A DNA stretch of 64,000 nt, taken from positions 318,370,001 to 318,434,000 of the forward strand of contig OZ024742.1 of NCBI GenBank assembly GCA_964016885.1, in the 5' to 3' direction. Within the stretch, counting starts at the first letter, position 1. Each line of letters starts with the position of its first letter. Of this stretch, positions 1 to 10,600 are shown piece by piece. This DNA comes from Eledone cirrhosa. Its lineage: Eukaryota. Position numbers and translations under genes: made by a program. Below the pieces are notes generated by a model. It did no database searches, was not told where the DNA came from, and was given only the letters and a program-made list of their open reading frames with translations.

Positions 1-576
1 AAACAAATCAAAACAACCTGAGTTACCGCCCTTTTTTTAATGTGGGCACGAATGTAAATTAATGCTTGCGGCCCGTCGGATGATGAGCCATATCGCATGC
101 GGCCCGCTTCTCGAAAAAGGTTGCCCATGCCTGATATATAGTAATGTAAATGCTAAAGGGTTAAACACCAGATTCTGGGGAAATACAGACATTTCTAAAA
201 GCCCCTACCCCAAAACTGGTTAATGTCACATTCACAGGGTTATAACGAGATAAATCTTCAGATATTTCAAATTGTTTCATTTCAGATTTTCTTTATCTTT
301 ACACTCATTCTACTCTCAACATTTCTTCTCTCATTCGTCTACTTTATTCTTTTTCTCTTTCAACACCCAATAATCGCTTACTCCATCGCTATTATTTACT
401 CCACCGCTCATATTTTACTCTCTTTTAATTCCACGTAAAATATTTGTTCTTATATTTTCAATAAAAAAATTAAAAAAATTAAAAAAAGTTTTCCCCCAAT
501 ATCTCCAAAATGAACACCTATGACAGTCACAGAAAATAATATTTCTACTATCTGTACTTCTCTCTCTCTCTCTCCG

Positions 577-607
<31 letters not shown>

Positions 608-675
608 TTACACAGAGGAGAAAAGTATATATTCTCAGCTGTCTTCTAGTCCAGCAGTCGCAAGCGGTGGGAGGG

Positions 676-719
676 ACCGTCCTGACGAAGGCCAGTTAAG
701 TCTGAAATGCATAGACGGT
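676..719 (+). ncRNA. Minimal type I hammerhead ribozyme (PLE/retrozyme-type)
   Basis: ACCGUC-CUGACGA-AGGC(caguuaa)GUCU-GAAA-UGCA-UA-GACGGU. It has a 6-bp stem I, an intact core and a palindromic stem-III loop, and sits at the tip of a longer hairpin (646-750). Confidence 0.8.
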
Positions 720-1095
720 TGTCCCCCTTGCTTCTGCTGGACATCACTAGAGGGCGTTAGCCCCCCCACCCCCCGGTGTTTGCATAGCTACGGCTACCTA
801 AAACTGTATTTCTTTGGAGATACGAAATATTTATACATATTGTATAAAGCTATACTTGAAGCAAAATCCTATTTCTCTTTTATATATATAAGTATGTATA
901 CGTACATACATATATGTATACAGACGTACAGTAGTATGTATATATATATACATACATGCACACATATATATATGTACGTATGGATTCATCGAACATTTAT
1001 TATAATTCTCGGTGTGTTTGTAAACAAACATCCCGAATTAAGCCGCACGGTGTCTAGCAACCATCGTTGCTCATTTGTTCAACACTGACAAAGGA

Positions 1096-1138
1096 ACGCT
1101 GTACTAGTTTCAAGCTTATTAGCTATCGTCAGCAACGT
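1096..1138 (-). ncRNA. Minimal type I hammerhead ribozyme
   Basis: Minus strand reads ACGUUG-CUGACGA-U-AGCU(aaua)AGCU-U-GAAA-CUAG-UA-CAGCGU, with a palindromic CUAG loop. Confidence 0.78.
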
Positions 1139-1347
1139 ATACCTTCCTTCCAGATGATTGAACGTCTGAAAGTATATACTTTCCTTATGCATATTAACGG
1201 CTGAGCAGCCGTTTCATTTTTTCCGTTTATCGTTTTCGTTACCCCGGCCGATTAACTCACTCGATATGCAAATTAGGCTGCTCAGCTGTTAATATGCATA
1301 ATGAAAGTATATACTTTCAGACGTTCAATCATCTGGCAGGAAGGTAT

Positions 1348-1390
1348 ACTATGCTGACGATAGCTAATAAGCTTGAAACTAATACAGCGT
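1348..1390 (+). ncRNA. Hammerhead ribozyme, second-arm copy (partly decayed)
   Basis: CUGACGA-UAGCUAAUAAGCUU-GAAA-CUAA-UA-CAGCGU. Stem I and loop III carry substitutions relative to 1096-1138. Confidence 0.65.
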
Positions 1391-1657
1391 TCCTTTGTCA
1401 GTGTTGAACAAATGAGCAACGATGGTTGCTAGACACTGTACGGCTTAATTCGGGATGTTTGTTTACAATCACACCGAGCATTATAATAAATGTTCGGTGA
1501 ATCCATACGTACATATATATATATGTGTGCATGTATGTATATATATATATACATACTACTGTACGTCTGTATACATATATGTATGTACGTATACATACTT
1601 ATATTTAAGTAACAGCCGTACTAAGAGTGAGAAATGAAATTTCGTTTCATTTTTTCC

Positions 1658-1703
<46 letters not shown>

Positions 1704-1849
1704 AGTGTAACGTGGAGTTACTGTAGATTCACCCAGCTGAGCATTCGATGTTTAGGTTCACGTCAGTGGCGAGGTGTAGAGCTAAACAGAGTGTAATATA
1801 ATAATACAAGGACGATTTGTTAAGTCTTGATTATGTTTATTGATTGGTG

Positions 1850-2035
1850 CAGTGAATTGGCAGTATCAGTAGAAGGTCAGACGCCATGCTTTCCAGCATA
1901 GTTACGTCCCTTTACGGCCTGAGTTCAAATCCTGCCAAGGTTAACTTTGCCTTTCATCCTTACGGGGTCGATAAAATAAAGTACCAGTAATGCACTGGGT
2001 AATTTCTGGCCTTGTGCCAAAAAGTACAAACAATT
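1850..2035 (+). mobile_element. Octopod tRNA-derived SINE (representative copy)
   Basis: Core ctgagttcaaatcc..ggttaactttgcctttcatccttacggggtcgataaaataaagtaccag. Further copies lie near 2350(-), 7558, 7798, 8812, 9050, 13760, 17480, 22538, 28575(-), 29337(-), 30225(-), 31570, 34410(-), 36790(-) and 49370. Confidence 0.8.
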
Positions 2036-2578
2036 ATGTTTATTGATTGATGACGCGCGTGTCGCTGGCCGTACCCTAAAAGTGCATCAAACTCTATAAT
2101 CTGACAATCGATTGCAATACTCTTAGCAGAGTTTGCAACCATCATGTATGTATGTATTTATGTATGTATGGATGGATGGATGGATGGATGGATGGATGGA
2201 TAGATGGATTTGGAGAAAATGAAAGTAAAAGACGCCTAGCTCATGACACATTTTAAACCTGGCTGAACTGAAGTCGATTCAGAGTCGATTTCCTCCAGAG
2301 AATGAGAGAGTGTGAAAGAAATTGATAGAAAAAATTTTTTTTTTAAATAGAAGAGTCGACTCCAGTACTGAACTGGTACTTTATTTACCGACCTTGAAAT
2401 GACGAAAGGCAAAGTCGACCTCGGCAGTATTTGAACTCTGAGAACAGACAGTCGGAACAAAATATCGAGGTATTTAATCCAAAGCTCTAGCAACTCTGCC
2501 AATTCGCCGCTGTTATATATATGCATATTTGAAGAAAAAGAAACGTTTTTACATATGCATTATATGCTCGTGCATACT

Positions 2579-2616
2579 CACACACACACACACACACGCA
2601 CACGCACACACACACG

Positions 2617-2699
<83 letters not shown>

Positions 2700-2716
2700 C
2701 ACACACACACACACAC
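2579..2716. repeat. (CA)n microsatellite
   Basis: Directly visible. Other simple repeats: (GTT)(CTT)n at 4680-4787, (TG)n at 22176-22238 and (CT)n at 26730-26800. Confidence 0.97.
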
Positions 2717-2836
2717 GTAGTATGTATGACCTAAATATGAAAACAACGATTGACTCATTCGGCTTATACTTGAACTGATTTCGTAGAAAGTTTCACAATG
2801 TTTTAAAATTGACTAATGTAGATGAGACTAAGTTTT

Positions 2837-3240
2837 ACTTCTTCTTCGCCCACTTATTCTTGAGAGGGTCGTGGAGGCATAGTCCTCAAACACTCCTCCA
2901 ACGGGTCCTGTCAGAAGCAACCATCTCCAACTGATCCGACTGGATCCCCAACCGTGGATGTTATCCAACCATCTTGCTCGGGGTCTATACCTGGATCTTC
3001 TACCAGTTGGTTTTACCTGTAAAATCTGTCCAGCGATTCTTTCCTGAGACATTCTAACCACATGCCCATAGTATCGGAGTTGTGATCGCTCAATTCAAAG
3101 AAGATAAAAACAAAATTAAGTAATGAGAAAAAAGGGGATCTTGCCGTATAGGAAATTACAGGAGGGGACTATAAATGAGAGGAAGAGGAGGGAAAAGGCA
3201 AGGACTCTTGAGACACATAAAAAAGGGAGGGAAAGGGAAT
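2837..3240 (-). mobile_element. RTE-type LINE 3' fragment plus extra 5' sequence, with a 29-bp target-site duplication
   Basis: Encodes ..KPTGRRSRYRPRARWLD and ends in a (GAA)n tail. attgactaatgtagat.agactaagtttt occurs at 2808-2836 and 3241-3269. Confidence 0.75.
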
Positions 3241-3419
3241 ATTGACTAATGTAGATTAGACTAAGTTTTGAAATGTTTTAATTCTGAAACCACTTCTAAT
3301 GACTGAAATGACAATAGAATTCATTGACAATTGAAAAGAAGTGAAAAGAAAATGAAACTAAACCGCAGGATTGACACACCACTGTAGTGGCACAAGGACT
3401 CACTGGATAATATGATACT

Positions 3420-3975
3420 GGGTCCTCAGACTCGCCTACCAGAAAAAATCCAATCAGAAGAAACCCTCATCAATTGATCCAGCTGGATCCCCAAGCGAGA
3501 CAATCAAGCTTAAGGATGTTATCCAACCATCTTGTCCGTGGTCTTCTTCTGCGTCTCCTGTCAGTTGTTTTTGCCAGCGATTCTTTTCGTTTGCAATTCA
3601 GACCACAAGTCCGTAGTATCGGAGCTGGGATCTTTAAATCCAGAGAAGTATTGGTTCTACCTGGAGTGTCTCCCTGATCTCCGAGATACGCATTCTATCG
3701 AGTAATGTTATTCCAAAGACCATTCGGTGCAACCATATTTCGGCTGTTTATATACGAAATCGTATCCTTCCAGTCATTACTCAAGATTCATAACAAGTAA
3801 GGGAAGGCACGAACACCGAATTGAAGATACCGAGTTTAGCTTTTACACCTACCTCCCTTCTTCTGATGATCGAATACTGAAGCTGGTGCATAGCTGCACC
3901 AGCTCCTGCAATTCTTGCGATTAATTCAACATCAAGATACCCGAACTTCTTCTTCAGTTGAACTCTACTCATATG
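3420..3975 (-). mobile_element. Degraded RTE-type LINE RT C-terminal fragment
   Basis: KKFGYL...ELIARIAGA...KAKLGIFNSVFVPSLTCYES. Same family as the 2837, 10918, 17905, 27368 and 51136 fragments. Confidence 0.7.
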
Positions 3976-4477
3976 CAGGGTACACTACCTAGACTTTCTT
4001 GAGGGGTCGATATATCCCAGAACACAAAAAATAAAATGTGGGTTATTACGACGACAATGAAAACGAAGACGACGTGCTCGATGTGACCGACTGCAGCCAT
4101 CACAATAACAACGACAACACACTGTCACAGTAGGTAAATCGGTTACCTCTCATCAATGATACATATAATACAGACCCCCACTCGGTCACGAATGACCATG
4201 GTTTTGCATCTAGAAAGTTTCTCTCCGAGGCACAAGCCTGGACAAGGTTTGTTTTGCATACGTGTCTATTAGTCTACAAAACTCTGAACGATATCCTTTC
4301 CTTAAATATCAGATTGGATTTTTATTCAATAAAAACTTTTTTCAAATACTATTATATTGTTTTTCCAAAAATCTTCCACCAAAATAAGGGTGTCTTATAC
4401 ACCGATGCATCTTATTAACCGAAAACCTCGTTACAATTTTTATTTTAATTATTGGTAATTCTGTTTTTTTCTTGTAG

Positions 4478-4648
4478 CTAGGGGTTGTAGTCCAATGCAG
4501 TTCAACCACAGTATTCTTGACATAACTTACACCCGCCGTGGGGCACTGGCCACCTTCGAGTGCAAAGCTGGTTATGTAATGGAGAAGAAAGAGAACAGAG
4601 TGTTCTGTGATGGGTTCTTTTGGAATAAACTACCACCAAAGTGTATAA
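4478..4648 (+). CDS. Exon: Sushi/CCP domain
   Basis: cttgtag acceptor and gtgagt donor, phase 1-1. Reads RGCSPMQF...ATFECKAGY...VFCDGFFWNKLPPKCI, with the four Cys and W..P.C of a CCP module. Confidence 0.9.
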
Positions 4649-7600
4649 GTGAGTATTTCTTTAATTATACCGAAATCTTTGTTGTTGTTGTTGTTGTTCT
4701 TCTTCTTCTTCTTCTTCTTCTTCTTCTTCTTCTTCTTCTTCTTCTTCTTCTTCTTCTTCTTCTGCTGCTGCTGCTTCTTCTTCTTCTTTTAAACAAAGGA
4801 TCAGTACCGAAACGCCGATATTACTCTTTTCCTTGTGGAATAAATAACTTAACCAAACTAACGAACTTCAATGTATAACTTGTATTTACAACTTGTATTG
4901 ATAACCAGACATGTTTGTAAGGTTAAGGGGTTAGCTTCACAACCAGGCGTTGATAGTGTTGTTCATGTTGTTGTTCTTGTTGTTGGTGGTGGTGGTTGTG
5001 ATGGTGGTGGCGTTATTGTTTAGCAGCAGATTACTCTTAACTGAGCAAACCTGATAGAGCTTCCATCGGTTTCGACGATGACCATTTAGATGAACATTCC
5101 GTTATTTTTTTCGTTATTAATTACCATGTAAATGGCTGAGTATTCCGCATATACGTGTATCCTTAACGTAATTTCCAAGCTGACTCAGCTCGACATAATA
5201 TGATACGACTGAACGTTTGAATAACAGGTACAACCCACCTTACGGGCTTCTACACAATTTTGGGCAACCCAACCTTGTGTCTAGAGCAGTGGTTCCTAAC
5301 GTGGGGCGCACACCCCACAGGGGGACAATTTGAATACTTAAAGGGGTCATTTGAAAATCTAAACTATAATAAAGTAAGAAGTGCGGGACTGTGTACGGTT
5401 TATCATTTTTTTTATCCCATTAGTAAAATAAGTTGGATTACTTTGAATAAATAATGAATTAATATTACATAATTTATCTACTAAATTTCGTGGCTGTTCA
5501 TTAAATATATTTTATTATTTATTTAAAGATTCACTTCTTTAACATTTTCAAATGACAACACTTGCGGTGTCGATCGCTTAAATGAACATATTAATTTTCT
5601 GTCACTAATTTTCTCCTAATGCATTTTATATATAATATCGTCTTTTTTTTAATGTATCATGGATTACGTTACTGATTACATAAAACAGTGTAACAACGTC
5701 TTGGTTCAATTTCTGTTTATATTGTCAATTACGTTTGTATTTGATGTATCATATCTACATGTATATATACTTGCGTATAATATCAATATACACACTACAC
5801 ATGCTAGCAGAAAACCACCCGAAGGATGGTTTTTCTGACGGTGATGTTAATGAGAACAAATTTCAGGTTTTACCTTATCACTTTGACACTAAGGCAACTT
5901 TAGTACATATCACTGTCAGAAACTCCTGTATCACCTCCACCTCCTCCACCACACATGTTACTGTATGTATCTGGTACCACCTATATGGTACATGTTACTG
6001 TCAGAAACTCCTGTATCACCTCCTCCTCCTCCACCACATATGTTACTGTATGTATCTGGTACCACCTATATGGTACATGTTACTGTCAGAAACTCCTGTA
6101 TCACCTCCACCTCCTCCACCACATATGTTACTGTATGTATCTGGTACCACCTATATGGTACATGTTACTGTCAGAAACTCCTGTATCACCTCCACCTCCT
6201 CCACCACATATGTTACTGTATGTATCTGGTACCACCTATATGGTACATGTTACTGTCAGAAACTCCTGTCTCACCTCCTCCTCCACCACATCTGGCACAA
6301 CCTATATACCAATTTATTTGTACTTTACAGCTTATCCTTGTTGTTTTCATATATTTTTTGGGGGGTGGGGGGTATATGTGGGGGGTGGGTAACAATTTTT
6401 GAGATGTTGAGGTGGGGTGTGGTGCACAAAAAGCTGGGAACCACTTATCTAGAGTCTAGACAAAACTGTGAGGAAACTCATTAGATGAATTGCGCCTGTA
6501 ATTAAAAGAACCATTCTTATCACACAGTGTCACGCTGAATTGACTTGGGAATTTTTTTAATTACACGCGTTTGTGGAATACTCAACCACTTGCACATGAG
6601 CAAGAACAAGCTACTCATGAACAACTGTATGGGATTAGACAAATACACTAAAACGTTGAAACCGACGGAGATCTATGCCATTCCGGCAAAGGTCGTTATA
6701 GTAGTGATAGAGAGGAGACAAAAATATGACAGCACGTTTGTATTGGTAAGTGAGTATATAACAGTACGTGGTTAAGTGATTAGGGTGTTCAGCTCACGAC
6801 CAGGTGGTTTCGTTGTTTGAACACTCAACGTTGGAGCCGACGGAGATCCAACATCATGTGACAGTCTTTCAGATGGTCTCTATATCGATGCGATCTAAGA
6901 TGTGTTTGTGCGAAGCTGGTCTTTCAGATATTGTTGTTGTTATTGTTGTTTCAGGTATCTAAGGATTTATCTCCAGTCTACTGAATCAAAATAAGTTTCA
7001 GTTGTAATGTTTCAGTTGTAATGGGTAACAAAGAAATAATATAAACAAATTATGTTTACAGAGACTGCTTTAGAAAACGACTGCGATTTTGAAAATGGAA
7101 GGTGTGGTTGGCTACAAGACCATACAGATGAATTTGACTGGATAAGACATTCACTGGATACTAATACTAAATACACTGGACCTTCAAATGACCACACATA
7201 TGGAGATATAAAAGAAGGTAACTATAAACTTAAATTTTAATTTCGTGGTGCAGCTTATAGAAAATCTATTTCTTGTACTATTAAGTATATACTGCAATTG
7301 TAATTATGTTGATTACTCCCAGAACCAGCTCAGTGCTCCTAGAAACGTCTGAGTACGCCTAGAAACGACTAAGTACTTCTAGTGTTGTGGATGGACAACT
7401 AAAATATCGTGATTTTGACCTCACTGGATCTCATCAGCTTCTATATTGTCATGGTCACATATTCTCTTTTGCTCTAATTTTATGCAATCTGAAGATATAG
7501 ATACATGTTAAATGTCTAAATATTAGGGAATTGTTACTGTTAATAAGATTATACTGAAGGACGGTGGATTGGCAGAATCATTAGAAACACCGGGTAAAAT

Positions 7601-10600
7601 GCTTTGCGGCATTTGTTCCGCTACTTTACGTTCTGAATACAAATCCCGCGCCGAGGTTAGCTTTGCCTTTCATCCTTACTAGGTCGATGGAATAAAGTAC
7701 CAGTAATACACTGTGGTCGATTTAATCTACTTTCCCCCTTCCCTTCAAATTGCTGGCCTTGTGCCAAAAGTAGAAACAATTATTAAGATTATACTGAAGG
7801 GCGGTGGATTGGCAAAATGCTTTGTAGTATTTGTTCCACCTCTTTACTTCCTGAGTTCACATCTCACTGAGATCGATTTGGCTTTTCATCTTTCTGAGAT
7901 CGATAAAATAAAGTACCTGTCAAGTAGCAGGGTTTATTTAATCAACTTTGCCTTTCCACCAAATTTGCTGGCCTTGTGTCTAAATTAGAAATCAATTTTG
8001 TCACCGACAGTACACTTTGTAAATCTCAAATGGTTCCATTCATCTAGCTCAGAGGTTCTCAAACTTTTTGGGCCACTGCCCCTCCCCCTCACGGTCACGT
8101 AATACCCTCAGTGTCCCCCCTCACCGCTTTTTCCAGAAAAACCTGCTTACACGTAAATTGTAAATAATATATAATAAATTAAATCGTTAATTTATATATA
8201 ATAAATAATATTATATATTTTTTATTTTACTATACATATAATATGTATCGTTTGATATTTAATATACTATTATATCATCTCTACCGCCACTCCAACGCCC
8301 CCTCAGGCCTCAGTGTTTCCTGGACACCTGATCTAGCTGGACACCTGATCTAGCTGAAAATAAGTACTATGGTATAGGAAAATAAGTACTATGGTATAGG
8401 AAAAACTCACCATCCTCAAAGAAACGATAGTGCTGAAAAATCGACAAGTAGTTTGTTAGATTGCTGTGCTGAGTTCAACTTTTCGTTAGATTATTGCTTG
8501 GAGAGGGTTAGTTTGTGCCAAGCCAAAAAATATGCTTCGTGAAATGACAACCCTGTAATTCAATGGATTAAGTGAGTTGCCATAGAGGGTTAAAACATGT
8601 TCTTTCTTGTAGAACTGGGTCAATTTGCACAATAATATCACTGAAACTGAACCTATTTTGGAGCTGAACTTATTTGGCAAGTGATATGATGTGAGGCCAT
8701 CTGTTGAAACTAAGCAATTACTTCGTGGAATAATCAATTTAGCCATTTAAAAAATGTTAAATTCACTTTACATTTATCATTTATCTATTACATCTATTAT
8801 TTAGTGCAAGAAGGGCGGTGGGTAGGCAAAATCGTTAGTGTGTCGGAGAAAATGTTTTGCGGCATAGAGTTATGACCCTTTACGTTCTGAGTTCAAATCC
8901 CACCGAGGTTAGCTTTCCCTTTCACCTTTACGGGGTCGATAAAATAGAGTACCATTCATGTACTGGGGTCAATGTAATGACCATTTCCCTCCCTACATAA
9001 TTGTTGGCCTTGTGCCGAAATTAGAAACCATTATTTTTTTGTCACCTGTACGATCTGAGTTCAAATCCCGCCGAGGTTGACTTTGCCTTTCATCCTTACA
9101 GGGTCGATAAAATAAAGTACCAGTAATACACTGGGTAATTGCTGGCCTTGTGCCTAAAGTAGAAACAATTATTTTTTTGTCACCTGGTCACTGAGAGTGT
9201 TCTATTGCAGTTGACTATTTCACAAACAGCGTGACGAAGATTTTGACACCAAGAAATAACTGATAAGTGTAAAGTGAATTTGCATATTTTGTTAATGGGA
9301 AAAATGACCTTTCCACCATATAATTGTTTAAACTCTTACATTTTATATTTAATTTTTTTTCTCAGGTTTCTACATGTACATAGAAGCCTCTTCGCGGAAA
9401 ATCGACAGCAAAGCAAGATTATTATCTCCCTTATTTGTGAAGACCAACATCACAATGTGTTTTGAATTCTGGTACCACATGTGGTGTCAAGGACTGAAAG
9501 GTAGGGTGGATATTTTATTTTCATTTTTCAACTAGGAAGATACGTGGCATATTGCCTAGAGCTGAGGTTCTCAAAGTGGGCGCTACCGCCTCCATGAGAA
9601 GGTCCAGGGGGCGCTGGAGTCCAAGGGGTGGTAGAGATGATATAGTACATTAAATATCAAATGATACATATTATATATAAATATAGTAGAATAAAAAATA
9701 TACTATATTTATTTATACATAGTATATATTATACTATTTATTATATATAAATTAACGATTTAATTTATATATTATTTACAATTTGCATGTAAGCAGGTCT
9801 CTCTGGAAATAGGGGTGGGGCGCTGAAGGTATTACGTTGTCGTGAGGCGGGCGGTGGCCCAAAACGTTTGAGAACTTCTGGCCTAGAGTGTTGGTCCCAC
9901 GATTATAAGGTCATTATTTATCATTGCTCCAGTCCAATCTAGTGATAATAAAATTAGTACCAGCAACTATTAGAAGTTAACCTTGTGATTCTAATTCTCG
10001 AGCCAAATGATCTATATACATACAACACTTATATACGTACATACAGCACCTATATACAAATACTTATATAAGTATATAGGTGCTATATATATTTATATAC
10101 ATGCGCCGTATATAAGCACAATTCACCTACAAGTACCTCCACTGCTTATTAAATTTTGTCATAATTCTCCGACGAAATTTTATTGTAAATGATTCATATT
10201 GATACAGCAGCTGGAGAATCTAATAATTATTTTATTTTATAATTTAAAAAAAAAACATTATATATGTCAAAAAAGAACATCACAAGAGATCCCATATTTA
10301 CGAACATACACTATACAATTACTGACCCCACCCCCACCCCCGTTTATTTCAAACTTCCGGTTATAAGAATTTAAGCAAAAGTCCAACCCCTTCACTTATC
10401 CCCTCCCCCTATTATTTGGGACCTGAGAGTATTGCATAAGTGGTGGTACTTTGTAACGCTAGAAGAGCCTCTATGTGGCCATTCAACCTGCTAGAAATAG
10501 CAACAAAATTTTCTCAAATCCCATCTTATATAAAAGAATGGCCAGATTGGAAATTGATGTCCTAGATATGAAAAATAGACAAAACAGTTATTGCTGGAAT

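Larger units (their letters stand above)
886..1604. mobile_element. About 325-bp inverted repeat (886-1210 / 1276-1604) with an HHR in each arm; likely inverted PLE terminal repeats
   Basis: The arms are near-perfect reverse complements separated by about 65 bp, and are flanked by (TA)n. Confidence 0.8.

Noticed and set aside
1850-1935. tRNA-like A/B boxes (gagttcaaatcc)
   Set aside because: These are heads of tRNA-derived SINEs with no complete cloverleaf, so they are not called as tRNA genes.
4649-4878. Apparent poly-Leu TM segment after the Sushi domain in the ORF track
   Set aside because: It is intronic (GTT)/(CTT)n repeat beyond the gtgagt donor.
5735-6484. 249-aa Cys/His-rich repeat ORF
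   Set aside because: It is an 85-bp minisatellite open in all three frames inside a hAT element, with no splice or domain support.
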